A stretch of 64,000 bases of DNA. Origin: Ruditapes philippinarum. Lineage: Eukaryota. Below, piece by piece: positions 22,401 to 37,400 of the stretch. The notes under the pieces were generated by a model. It did not search any database, was not told the DNA's origin, and worked only from the letters and a program-made list of their open reading frames with translations. The stretch covers positions 1-64,000 of the forward strand of contig NW_026862419.1 of the NCBI RefSeq assembly GCF_026571515.1, written 5' to 3'. Both the position numbers and the translations under genes were made by a program. The stretch's first letter is position 1; each line of letters starts with the position of its first letter.

Positions 22401-25400
22401 TTTTGTTAAGCAACAATACACCGTCCGGTAAGTTAAATATTTAGAGCGTTTGATTGTGAATCAGCCGATCCGGGTTCGATTCCTGGACGGTGCAAGTCAC
22501 TTCCCTTTGTGATTGATTTTGAATACTTTCTACTGTCATTCACACTGAACCTCTGCTCTGGCTTGTACAGAAATTTATCAGGTCCTTTGCGAAAGTGAAA
22601 GGAGCTAGAACTGGTAACCTGTCTGACAGCCTGCCAAGGAACGATGCGGTGGCTGAACTGTGCTCTGGGAAATTCACTGGGATCCTGAGTGAAAACTACC
22701 AACAAAAAACAAGCAACAGTTCATCGATATGTTTTTCCTAAAAATGATTACTATCGTTAAACTTTATACCGTTATGTTGCATACAGTTTTGTTCAAATTA
22801 TAACATACCAGAAAGCAATACAGGAACTAAAGATTACTATTATAGTAAATTGTTCAGAGTTTCTGTATTAATTGATAATAGTATATAAAAAAGTTAAACA
22901 TACTAAATTTACATATGCATTGTTACCTTCACTATGATACAAACAGAATGTACATGTAACTGCAAGTTGGATACCTTAAACACCTTATAAGTAGATATCT
23001 ATTGTCTTAACTTATAACTAAAATTGTTTGTTTTCAGTGTATGCAAATAGTCCCAACAATTATGACGGCTGTAGATAACGGTTTCGATCCTCAAACAATA
23101 TGTACAGATGTTGGACTTTGTACGGGAAGAAGTAAGTCTTTTAACAATTCACAATTAGAAACTTTTCGTCAGAACCATTAACAGTAAATTTTAAATATTT
23201 TGTTTATAGGCATAGGTAATGTGAATGTTAGGTTATAACAGAAGGCGTAGCATCAACGGCAATGATAAAAGGTTGTCGAATAGCATATAGTACTTAACCT
23301 ATTTTTATAAACGTTGAGTTCATCTTATTACTTCATCATTAGTATGCACTTCTAAAGGTCCATTATTTCTCAGAAATGATTGTATATTCATTTGACGTAA
23401 GCATTTAAAAAAAGAAAATGTTTGTCACCTGTTATATATAATACTGGTAATTCCTAAAGGCTACTCATTGGCTAATTATCTCAACCGTCGTTTGCTTCTA
23501 TTGTCTTTTGGCATTTTGTGCTCTGATAGTGATTTTCTATGAAAGTCAAAATACTGCTGTGTTTACATTTTGCTACTTTTATAACAAATAATTTCAGCCC
23601 ATTCTAAAGAAGGAACAAATATTGGTTTCTGATGCATAATGTGCCTGTACGCTAATATAAATGAATAAATGTCTTTGTATTTGTTATGGTACTTCTTACA
23701 TTATAATTTTATTTATTTTATTATATATATATCATATAGGCAAGGTGGGAAGTAGGCTACCGTTGAGAAAGAAACATATGCCAGAAAAGAGTGTAAATGA
23801 AAATGTATGCTATGATTTTGTATTTATTGCTATAATAATGTTATGTGAGTTAAAAACAAAATAAATAAACTTTACGAATCCTGATAACACCAGCACACAT
23901 GCATTTCCTTCTAAGTTGGTCAGAAAAAGTTCATATTTATGGCTGGAAATGGAAAAGTAACTTTTCCGGCATAGATTTTCCAGCATTTTAGTAAACATTA
24001 CAGTATTGTACATATAAACTATATAGAAATCACGTAATTTGATCAAATCACATTGTGATTTCAAGTTTCGATGGTAGAGACATTGCATGGTATGTCATGA
24101 ACTTTCTTCAGCTGCTGAGCATTCCAATATCATTACCTTTCAGACTTAAACAGATAATATTGTCACTGTTTTACAGTTTGTGGTATTCTGAGCAAATTGA
24201 TTATTAAATGATTAAGTTTATTTTTTAATTTTAAAAACATTAATGAAATATTACATAAAGAAATCATCTTATATTTTTTAGGAAGAATCAATCCTGCTTG
24301 ACACCATAGTTGCAAGACGGATGGCACAACAAAGTGTGGTACTTATTTTTTAGATATTTGTTGTTTGTTTTTTTGGTTTTACGGCGCACTAGCACAATTA
24401 AGGTCATATGGCGTCGAAGTAGGAAAATGATTTTTGCTAAACTCGGGTGTTACAAACTTTAAGCAACACCAGAGGTCAAACCACCTTACCTGCTTGAGCT
24501 AAGAGATGCATAGACTCAAGTAATTCAAACCCATTTAGTCGCCTCTTACAATCACGAGTTAACCGGTGGCTGCAGTTCTGGTGCCTTAACACGTTAACGA
24601 CAACCCCTGAGCCACAGATGGAATTATATTTTCTGTAACAACTTTAAAAAAGAATGAAAAATAAATCAAAATATATGTTAAAATATCACCAAGATGGAAA
24701 ACGGACACATTTCTTCTAGTCTCTAAGAATCTGATATTGTGTTCATTAATTCTAATACAGGGTGGTATAGCATGCGACTTATGTGAAGGAGTTATAGAAA
24801 TCTTAGACAATCTTCTTGAAGAAAATGCCACCGACGAAAAGATCAACCAGACATTGTACAATCTGTGTAGTGGTCTACCTAGTGGAGCTTTCCAGGATCT
24901 GGTATGATATGTAATTTTGATTTACAATCATATTTGTGCTAGATAACATCTCTACATAGCTTTCCATCATGAGTTTTACATTTTCACCATCAATCTGTTA
25001 ACATTAAGTCTTAAATGAGATACCATTTGATGTCATAAAATATAAAGGGAAGAGTAAATAAGGGAGAGCGACGTTCACAAAACTTGTACCACTATGAACT
25101 GTCACACAAACAAAAATTTCCGTGTCACCAATTTGATTAAATGGAACAATTTTCCTGTGCAACATTTGAATGCTATAGTATTATTTAGAGATATATTTTT
25201 TTCATAGCATTGTATTACATTGTCAAATTTTAAAGTATATTTTATAGCCAAGCTGCAATAGATAGAACAAATGGTTGCAATGATTGAACCTTCCTAAATA
25301 GTTTGAAAATGAGAAAATAAGCCAAGTATTTTTGTCTTTCGTTTTATTTTTATTTTGTTAAATGCATGGGAATCATGCCACTGGCAAACACATAGAACAA

Positions 25401-28400
25401 CATGATAACGTAGTCAAAACATTTTACTCTTAACCTATACTATTCTTAGTAGAACTTGATTTTACTTCAGTGCATGCAAATAATCCCAACAATTATGACA
25501 GCTGTAGAAAACGGGTTCGATCCTGAGACAGTATGCACAGCTGCTGGACTCTGTACAGGAAAAAGTAAGTTAGTCAGCAATTAAAATGATGAGATATTAT
25601 ATCTAAATGATTATATTATGATGATTATCATTAAATTCCAAAATAGTAATGTTAGACTTGATTGCATAAACTGCATCATCACATTGGATAAGGACATTGT
25701 GTCTAACGTTTTTAAGTTCCTCTATAAATAATTCTTATAATTAGCAGTTATAACAATTTGAAATAACAATTTGAAACTGACACAAACTTTATTTTATTGC
25801 CTTAATAAATGAGTTTGAATAATTATAATATAATGTAAGACTTTTTGATGATAGTTATTTAAATTATTTGCTATAGTAGTATTTGATTTATTATTTCACC
25901 ACTTGGTTAAATGAATATATCTGTGTATCATTTAGGCAAGATGAGGAGTATGACATTGGAAAAGAAACATTTGCACGATGAAAATATCAACAACAATGTA
26001 CGCATTGATATTTCCATTTACTTTTGAAATCAACTGATGTTATATAACAAAACCTTTCCGGAGTCTTCAAAATACGTTTCAGAAAATTTGACATAATACG
26101 TTTAACTACATCACTAAAATTATATTACTACAGTATTTGCTTTTGTTCTTTTATCGAAGTCAACACATATATAGTTTTTGTATTTTACGGTATTAGGGAG
26201 ATACATTAAGACATTTGCTAACGATTGAATCTGCATTATTATTGAACTTATAATATGTATGCTATCAGAATGATTAGTATAACTGTGATAACTTTACCGT
26301 TTGGTAAATCTGTAACACATTGTCAATCTGTTTTTCTTTAAGGAAGAATCAACACTGCTTGACACTAATGTTGGTAAAGAAAACACACAGCGGAATTTGG
26401 TAAAGATACATTTTTTATTTTTTTTAATTGCGATATAATGCAAACTGTGAATTACTGCCATTTAAAATTATGTACTAATCAACGCCTGTCAATTTAGACA
26501 GCAGCGCAAAGCTAGTGTCAATAGGATGTCAATTTTCAATTCAATATTAAAAAGTGACATCGGCATAACAATGAAAAGCTTTGCAAATGTCTTCTTCCAC
26601 GTTAGTTTATTTTTATTACAAAATCATGTTTTGAGGTTTGAATTTAAGTTATATATGACTTGTGAGCTACCCTTCCATCCGACCAGACGTATGCATCTGA
26701 ATCTAGATCAAACTTCGCAAAATGTTTTGTAACGCCAATATTTTGGGATATTGCTTTGAAGTGTTTATTACAATTGTTTATGGCCATCATCACCATTTGT
26801 AGAACATAACACTTGGTAATGTTTCAAATTTCACCTCTTTCCTGTTTTGTGTGAACTTGAAACACTTAATAAAAGAACATCGTTTTCACATATAAACAGA
26901 AGTAAATTGACACATTTTGATATTATAAAAAACTGTTATGTTTATCAATAACAAGTGTTTTAAGACATATTCGATTTAACTGACAAATAATGGAAATGGG
27001 CGAGTTTCTTGTCTGTGTATTGTTTATCATTTCATTACTTTTACAGAAAGATTTGAAGTGTGAAGTGTGTAAAGCAGTCATTGAAGAACTGGACAGTTTG
27101 GTCAAACAGAACGCAAGTATTGAAAAGATAAATGAAACCCTTTATGATGTTTGCAACCAGCTTCCAGGTGCTTTACAAGATTTGGTAGGTTATCGAATAA
27201 ACCTCAAGAAACCTTTTTTCCTGTCTAAAATTGTATCTTTAAAGATCCTGTATGTTTTGTGATTGATATTGTTACTGTATGTATCGTACACTTGCAAAAT
27301 ATTATATATGTATATAATTATGCAAATAAAACAATTTTCAAACATCCAAGAATATGTAAAATGTGTACTGCAAATATTTGTGCACATTATATTTAATCAA
27401 TAAGTTACCTGCATTCATTTCTTGTTGGAAAATTTGACTTGGAATTTATAGAAAATAAATTTCTAATTACCTTCCTTTATTTACGCAAAATGTTAAATTG
27501 GGTAATATCTTTATAGATAATGCTTATTAGAACTTACAAGATTGATAAATCTTAATTTGAGCGTCATATTTATGAAATAAAACCATGAAAAAAATGTGTT
27601 ACAGGATCTTTAAATTTAATATACTGTAGATACGAATGTCCCTAGATTTTTTACATGAATTTTCAGCCATTTGTGAAATTTAATTGGCATGATAGTATTA
27701 TCGCTGCATATAATCGTTTGATTTATTTTCCATTCCTATGATAAGCTGCCGTGCGATAAATATCGTTTTACTGATTGATTTTTATATGTTTAATTCAGAA
27801 GCTAGTTATAAAGAAAACAGTTCTATAACTATAAAACGGTTCAGAATATATTGTCTGAGAGATCATATTTGTTTGTCATGTGCATGTTTAGATATGTTTA
27901 TTTTCAGTGTCTACAAGCTGCCCCTCAAATCCTTAATGCCCTCATGAATGGAGTAGACCCATCAGAAGCATGCGGATCTCTCGGTCTGTGCTCCAGTGAA
28001 GCAGGAATTACAGATACCACAGAGAAAAGTTTTGACGTGAGTTGCACTTTCCATGTACCTCAAAAATGTGTAGAATAAGACTTGAAACATTTAGAATGAC
28101 ACAAAAAGTAAACCCAATGAATTAGATGTAGACATGTATAACTATAATGTAAATTCTTTATATCATAAGTTGAAAACCCCTTTTAATTTGTAAGGCCCAT
28201 TAACGTCTTAAATTGAATGCACATGCCGCGTATCTGTACGGTCTTACCTTTTAGATTTAGTGAGAAATAAAACACTCGTAACAAACATATTTAATATTAA
28301 CTTAAACGTTTATACAGAATGTTGAAGATGTGAAATGTGAAATATGCACGCTGCTTGTTCAAGGCTTGGATGAAATTTTAAGAGGCAATGCAAGTGTGGC

Positions 28401-31400
28401 ACAAATCAACGCAACTATCTTTAACCTTTGTGGTGATCTCCCTGGAAGCGCTAAATCATTTGTATGTATGAAGAAAAACAGTAACAGCAATTTTTGTCAA
28501 TATTTAGTATTACTTTAGTTGTCTCAAAACCATAAAATGCAGCACTGTGATTGCTGTCCAGTTGCAAAGTGTACATAAGTTCGATCAGCATGATTCTGTA
28601 ATGTTCTCTTTACAATAAATTCCATATAAAATTATGAAATACATTGACTTAATATAATATGTACATGAGAATGCTTTAAAATGAATTTTTATGATTCTTA
28701 TGTCAGGAGAATCGGACTTTCATATGTTTGTTACCTGGAGTAACTCCATGTGAAGTAAGCGATTCACACGTATGTGCTCGAAGATACAAACGCATTCAAC
28801 TTGTAAAAGAATCAACACATTCATAAAGAAACGATAAAATAACTAAACATTTATACCTGTTCGTTTTTCGTTTATAGTGCGTTATGGTTGCCCCGGTTAT
28901 AGTTAAAGAACTCCAAGGAGGTGCAGATCCTAAAGTAGCATGTGCAGTATTGAAACTGTGTGCCAGTAAAGGTATTAATACTACACTAATATCAATTATA
29001 ACATTATGATTGTAAATATATTCGTTATAGTGTTAATTAATTGATACGATTGAATGCAAACCGAACTATAAACAAAACCTCTGATAACTGCGTTACAATG
29101 TAGGAAATCATTTCAGTGGCCAAGCGGTCTAGAGCGTTGTTTCTTTTGATTATACGGTCGAGAGATTGAATCCTAGCTTAAACGGAATCTTTTCTGATAC
29201 ACATGCATCTATTTGTTACGAACTTAATTTTTAGAAAGATGGGCGCTCATACTTTAAGCCTGGATCCTGGAATCATCAATGTGCTTGAAAACCGAAATGA
29301 TGTGTAAAGGAAATGATTTCTGATTTGAAATTTAGTCATTCCGTCATCATAAATTATAAAATTCAAAACGGGGTTGTGTAACTGTTGGGTGTAACCTACC
29401 TTTGGCAACTGCCTCAGAAAATCAATTGATTGGCTCATAGGTTTAAAGCGTTGATACTTTCGCTTATTAGCGATTGGGTGCCAGTTGGAATCCCTGCTAC
29501 GCTAGAATATTTTCTAATGCATTTGAATCTTACTGTAACGGACATAAATGTCCGCTAAATCGTCAATATAATGGTGTCATTTTACATCGATTGGATAAAT
29601 ATATATAATATTAATAGAATACGTTAAGTTATGAATTCATTTTATCAATATATTTTATTGTATCCTGGTATTTTACTAGTACTCGAAACGCTTTTAAGTT
29701 ATTATTGTAATATTATTACTTTAGTATAGTTCATGGCATTCATATTTATTACAGTATTCGGGTGTTGTTTTTATTTCAAATTATCAATATTCGTGTAATA
29801 GTGTAATATTATAATGCTATTTAAAATACTGTCATATTATAATACTATTTAAAATACTTTAGATGGTACCACAGACCAACTTTACATAGTGTTATTATTG
29901 TATAAAAATATTCAATGATATAATATAAATTTGTTATTTACTTTTTTCAGTTAATCAGTTCTTATGTCTATCTATTTTTAATGCCTATGAAAGCACTATA
30001 TTACATTAATTCTACATGATTACATTTTTTGAATGTGTAGTATGGTTTCATTATTATATCTATTCATTATTATATTAGTATCATAACTTACGTTTCACTA
30101 TAAATGTATTTGATGTGATTTTATTGATTGTTTTATAAAATGATGAAGTATCACTAAAAAAAATGATATGCTTAGTCCGAATCGGTTGTTCAATATATTC
30201 TTAGTTTAATATTTGTTCAACGCCGTTTGCTTTATTTCTTTGAATTCTCGGATATAAAAAAAATCAATGAAATATAATTATTTTGTGAAACACACACAGC
30301 AGCCTTCACTATATAGCATTGATGCAATGGAACTCGGCATCATTTACAATGTACAAGTATTCTACATTTTAAAGCTCCGGTCCAAGAGGAAAGTGCAAAA
30401 GACAATGTTGGAGATATAAAATGTGACATTTGCGAATTGATCATAAAAGAAATTGACACTATTGTTGGACAGAATGCATCTGCAGAAAAAATTAATGCCA
30501 CTATCTACAACTTATGTAGTCAGCTACCAGGAACCGCTGCAAAATATGTATGTTTATGAAGTTTTTGACATTTCTATTTAATATTTTAAATAAACAGTTA
30601 TTTCATATACACGTTTCACCTTAGATATGATTCTTGAAAGAGTAATAATTCATAATAATAATGTTTTATAGTCATAAGTATATAGACACTTAAGAACATT
30701 TTTATTTGTGTAGTAAGATATTGTTGTAAATAACATATTTCAGTGTGTTATGGTTGCACCAACAATTGTCAAGGCTGTAGAATCAGGAGTAGATCCACAG
30801 TCGGCATGTACAGTTCTAAAACTATGTGACAACTCGGGTATTTATTGTTTACAATTAATACTTAATAAATAATAAACACAATTGAACAGAATGCGCTTAG
30901 ATGATAAAAAATATTCGTAGTGAAGAAGTAATTCAATTTCTGCATTTGAAATTAAAACAGGCTTTTACATTTTCAGATATCTTCATTGAAAATATAAACA
31001 CATTAATGCAAACTATCACTGTTTGACCTTTATTCGACATGTATAATTTAAATTCAAGGGATAAAAAGCGTTTTTAATTGATACAATTTTTGGTACATTT
31101 TACAGTTAGCATGTTTATAAGGATGACCACACACTATAACCATTTATCTCCCATTTAATAGTGATCTGTCTATCATGGCAATTCGAAAATGGATGTTATA
31201 GTTTAAATACATCTATATCAGTATTATTACAGACTTGATTACAAAGACAGTGTTTTCCACTTACAAAAACCTTAACTTTGTGACTTCATATTGGAAGTGC
31301 AACCAAGTTTGCTAATGGATGGTCGATGGTTCTCATTAGGTGTCCAATCGTGCCTTAAATATGTTCTGAGGGGCACCTGATATCGGCCTCCACCAATTAA

Positions 31401-34400
31401 GCTGGAATCTCGCCATACGGTCTTTACAGTGTTGGTTTACATTGGTCATTTAAGAATATAACATATATGTTATAGTAGTCGTAGATTCGTTTACCTATTT
31501 TTAATTTTGTTCATTTTATTCAATATAACATTTAATTAACACGAATATTTATATATATATTTATAAATTATTACAAGTATACTTAGTTTAACGTGAGTGA
31601 AATTTGGTATGCTTGAAAAAAGCAATGTAAACTGCATGCGCTTTGTTGCAATTAAACACAACACTACTTATACATAATACGTCATTATACATGATGTTAT
31701 TTTATTCTATATTCTAAAGCTCCAGTCCAAAAGGAAAGTGCAAATGACAATGTTGGAGATATAAAATGTGACATTTGCGAATTGATCATAAAAGAAATTG
31801 ACACTATTGTTGGACAGAATGCATCCGCAGAAAAAATTAATGCCACTATCTACAACTTATGTAGTCAGCTACCAGGAACCGCTGCAAAATATGTATGTTT
31901 ACGCTATTCATTGCATTTTTTTTCTTTTGATATACACATAACTTACAAGATATATTGTTTAAACCAATGATTCGGCACCTGTTCTAAAAATATTTTTTAT
32001 TACCTAAAACAGTCTGTCATAAGCATTTTCGAAATATTAACATATGTACTTCACAGAAAAAAGCATAATAATAAATAGATTAAATCTCAATGAATATATT
32101 AATAACTAAAGATTGTGTTACAATGGTCATATTTTAGTGTGTAAAGGTGGCGCCTACAATTGTCAAGGCAGTAGAGTCGGGTGTAGATCCGCAGTCGGCA
32201 TGTACAGCTCTTAAACTTTGTGACAGTTCAGGTAAATATTATCAACAATTATATATATATCCTTTACTGGCACAATGAACAAAATGTATTTCAACGGTTC
32301 TTTGAATTACATATTATAATGAAACCTGCCTTGTAAAGAATTAATTAGTTCAAACACTATGTGACAGCTCGGTATGTATTGCTTATAATTAATATTTAAT
32401 ATATCTTTAATAATGTGAACAATAAACACAATTGAACAGAATGCGTTTGTATAAGATGATAAAATAAAATATTTGTCGGGAAGTAGTAATTCAATTTCTG
32501 CTTTTGAAATAAAAGCAGGCTTTTACATTAAATTTTTCAGATATTTTCATTGAAATATACACACATTAATGCAAACTATCACGTTGTTTGACTTTTATTC
32601 GACATGTATAATTTCAATTCAAGGGATGAAAAGCGTGTTTAATTGATACAACTTCTAATGGTACATTTTACCGTTAGCATTTTATAAGGATAACCACACA
32701 CTATAACCATTTATCTCCCATTTAATATTGATCTGTCTAGCATGGCAATTCGAAAATGGATGTTATAGTTTAAATACATCTATATCAGTATTATTACAGA
32801 CTTGATTACAAAGACAGTGTTTTCCACTTACAAAAACCTTAACTTTGTGACTTCATATTGGAAGTGCAACCAAGTTTGCTAATGGATGGTCGATGGTTCT
32901 CATTAGGTGTCCAATCGTGCCTTAAATATGTTCTGAGGGGCACCTGATATCGGCCTCCACCAATTAAGCTGGAATCTCGCCATATGGTCTTTACAGTGTT
33001 GGTTTACATTGGTCATTTAAGAATATAACATATATGTTATAGTATTCATAGATTCGTTTAACTATTTTCATTTTGTTTCATGTTATCCACTATAACATTT
33101 AATTAACATGAATATTTATATCAAATAACTTATGACAACTATACTAAGTTTAACGTCAGTGAAATTTGGGATGCTTGAAACAAACAATGTAAACTGCATG
33201 CGCTTTATTGCAATTAAACACAACACTACTTATACATAATACGTCATTATACATGATGTTATTTTATTCTACATTCTAAAGCTCCAGTCCAAGAGGAAAG
33301 TGCAAATGACAATGTTGGTGATATAAAATGTGACATTTGCGAATTGATCATAAAAGAAATTGACACTATTGTTGGACAGAATGCATCCGCAGAGAAAATC
33401 AATGCCACTATCTACAACTTATGTAGTCAGCTACCGGGAACCGCTGCAAAATATGTATGTTTTACGCTATTCTTGTACAAAAAGTCATTTTATAAACACA
33501 TTACTGACTAGATATATTGTTTAAACCAATGATTCGACACCTGTACTAAAATATTTTTTATTAACCTAAAACAGTCTGTCATAAGCATTTTCGAAACATT
33601 TACATTTGTACTTCACAGAAATAAGCATAATCATAAACAGATTAACTCTTAATAACTAAAGATTGTGTTACAATGGTCATATTTTAGTGTGTAAAGGTGG
33701 CGCCGACAATTGTCAAGGCAGTAGAGTCAGGGGTAGATCCGCAGTCAGCATGTACAGCTCTTAAACTTTGTGACAGTTCAGGTAAATATTATCAACAATT
33801 TATATATATATATCCTTAACTGGCACAATGAACAAAATGTATTTCAACGGTTCTTTGAATTAATCAAGCAATAATGTCTTTACAAGGCAGGTTTCATTAT
33901 CTGCACTGGCAATTTAAACACGTACATTATTGTTCAAATATCTAGAATATAATATAGAACGGAAATACTTGTTCGGATGCCTACATTGAACATATAGACA
34001 CATTTTTAAATTCACGAAATTACCCGTGTAAATTTATCATTTTGTATTTATTTGCGTAGTCGGTCAAAGTACTAGTCCTAATGACGTAGGAGACATCAAA
34101 TGTGACATTTGTGAGTTGATCATTAAAGAGCTCGACACTATTGTTGGACAGAATGCATCTGCAGACAAGATTAATGCCACCATCTACAATTTGTGCAGTC
34201 AACTGCCTGGAACTGCTGCAAAATATGTAAACATTTACTAATAATGACATTTTCATAGCGTCGCGATCTACAGGTTCTATTTAAGTTCATTGGTACTCAT
34301 TAAGTCAATCTTGTTCGTAAATTAAATATTATATTCAAAATATAACCTGTCGTTTGTTAAAGTGTTATCATTTACTTTCTTCAACAACATTTCGACTGGT

Positions 34401-37400
34401 CATTAATATTGACACTGTTACACTCAAAAGAGCGTTTATTTTTTAATTTATTATAAATTGCAAATAATTTTTTTAGTGTGTAAAGGTCGCACCAACTATT
34501 ATTAATGCTATAGAAGCCGGAGTAGATCCACTGGTCATTAATATTGACACTGTTACACTCAAAAGAGCGTTTATTTTTTAATTTATTATAAATTGCAAAT
34601 AATTTTTTAGTGTGTAAAGGTCGCACCAACTATTATTAATGCTATAAAAGCCGGAGTAGATCCACAGGCGGCCTGTTCAGCTCTAAATCTTTGTGCCAGT
34701 TCAGGTAAATTTTTTATGCAATAGTTCTCGAATGTGTTTTAAAAATCAATCAAGGAATATTTTTAGTTTATCTTAACATTAAATGATTCAATGTATTCTT
34801 ATAACGGATAAATTAAACATATTTTTTTAAGATGGTAACTCTTTTGCATTTAATCATGTTCTTAGCATTTACACAATATTTATGTTAAAATTTATATGGC
34901 TAATTTGTTTAATTATCAATAACAGATAAAGTGGTACAAATTTCCAAAGATGTAAGGGACATCAAATGTGATATTTGTGAGTTGATCATTAAAGAGGTCG
35001 ACACTATTGTTGGACAGAATACATCTGCAGAAAAGATTAATGCAACCATCTACAATTTGTGCAGTCAACTGCCTGGAACTGCTGCAAAATATGTAAACAT
35101 TTATCAGTAGTAACATTTGCATAGTGAGGCGAGCTCATTTAGATAATTCCGTTCGTAAATTGAATATTAAATTCAAAATATAACTTGTCGAACACATTTT
35201 CATATCGCGGCAATATACAGGCTTTTTTAAAAAATAAAATTCAACTTATTCGGGTAATCCTGTTCGCATATAAAATACTTGTATAATAATCCAAAATATA
35301 TCTTGTCTAAGCACGAAGTATTATCATTTACGTATACTTTCTTTAACAAGATCAATATTGAAACTGTTAGAATATCTACTCAAAATTAACATTATAATAT
35401 GTTGCAAATAACATAATATTTCAGTGTGTAATGGTTGCACCAACTATTATAAAGGCTATAGAAGCCGGAGTAGATCCACAGGCGGCCTGTACAGCTCTAA
35501 ATCTTTGTGCCAGCTCAGGTAAATGTTTTAGTACAATATTCCTGGGATATGTTTTTATTGTAACAACCAAGTAAGAAATTATTATCAGTTAATATTTAAC
35601 ATTAGATAATTCAATAAAAACTTATTACGGGACACTTTCAAACATATTTTGGAATGGAAAATCTTTTACATTTGAAACATGTTCCTAACATTTAGAAAGT
35701 AATAATATGTAATAACTCTATATGGCTAATTTGTTTAATTATTAATAACAGCAAAAGTGGTACGAATCTCTAATGATGTAGGGGACATCAAATGTGATAT
35801 TTGCGAGTTGATAATACGGGAACTGGATAATATTGTTGGAAACAATGCCTCTGCAGACAAAATCAATGCCACTATCTATAATTTATGTAGCCAGTTACCA
35901 GGAACCGCAGCAAAATATGTAAGTTTCCTGTTTTGTGAAATGTTTTTTTATACACATGTATATCAACATTTGTAGACTGTATAACGTATATGTTACACGT
36001 TAACCTCTTTATTCATGATATGAAACGGTATTTTGCAATAGAGCCAAAACAGCCAAAACCAGAAAAAAAGAAAATGCACTGAAAGCTAAACCTGCATACA
36101 TTTACATTTATTAAGAATTGTCCTAAATAAAGCATGATTTCTGGTTTTATTATAATCATTTCTACTGTTATGAATAAGAACCCAAAGGGTGAGATCACGA
36201 CAGATACAGTCAAAGTCCCCCTAACATGGCATAATCAGTATTAAATATTTAAAAAAAACTTTGAATTATCATTAACAAATGTAAAACGCTGATTATACAA
36301 ACCCATTTGATCAAGAGATAATAGTTTATATACTCTCTTTAACATTGTCTCATTTTAAAAGAACTATTTTACAGTGTCAAATGGTTGCACCTACCATTGT
36401 GAAAGAAATCGAGGGCGGGGTTGATCCAGAGACAGCATGTACAGTTTTGAAACTTTGTGATGCATCAGGTAGGGTTTGACATCATAAAAATGAGTTTAAT
36501 TAAAGTATTTAGACACTTTTTGAAACTTTAGGTAGTGTTTGACATCATTACAATTAATCTTTTTAAGTCAAAGCACATGGTACTTTTTTAAACGAACATT
36601 TATGACATTTATAAGAATGCTTTGTGCAAACAAATCGACTTTTGATAATAGACATACTTATATAGTCCAAACACACAGAACTAAGTCCAGTATAATGTGC
36701 TGTTAAAAAGGCACTATTTGTTTGCTTGGTAGTAAGATGAGGTGTATTTTATAGAGTGAACATCAGTTATAATTATTTGTGTAGCGAGGCATCAGATCAT
36801 TTCCACGAGTATAATATTTTTTTGTTGTTGTAATTAAAACAAACAAATGTTCTATAAATTGCGTGCTCTTTCAAGTGTTGTTATCATCATTGTTCGCCGA
36901 TTTTTACCGCGTAAAATCACGCGCTCATATTCAACACGTCAAGAAATGACGTCGAAAATGCACATCATTTTGTGAAATAACTTGATTTTATAATGCAAAT
37001 CTTATCAGCATATAGTTAACCTTAAAATTTATGTAAACGATGGAGTTCATATTTGCTAAATTGTATATTCATTATAGTTCTGACCGGTTCCTAATTGTTG
37101 TGTTTCTGTGTTCATTGTGTTGAGATGGACATATCGGTCACCTTAGTGCAGTAACGTAATATGTTTTTCTAAATTCAATAGGAGTTAATCAGTTATTGCA
37201 CTAAGGTGACGATATATCGTAGCATTTTAAGAATCATATTTCTGATATTTAAATGATTTATTTGTTAGAAACACGCAATAACGTTGGAGATATCAAATGC
37301 GAGATTTGTGAGCTTGCAGTTCGTAAGCTGGACGAGTTGATTGGACAGAATGCATCAAAAGATAAAATAAATTCAACGATGTATCAGATATGTAATGACC

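Noticed and set aside
32348-32375. Extra saposin mini-exon
   Set aside because: Only the 3' ~25 nt of an exon with no proper acceptor; a by-product of the duplication breakpoint.
21983-35122. Minus-strand ORFs 21983-22183, 24586-24861, 34020-34256, 34381-34629, 34916-35122 that resemble each other
   Set aside because: Antisense shadows of the duplicated saposin exons.
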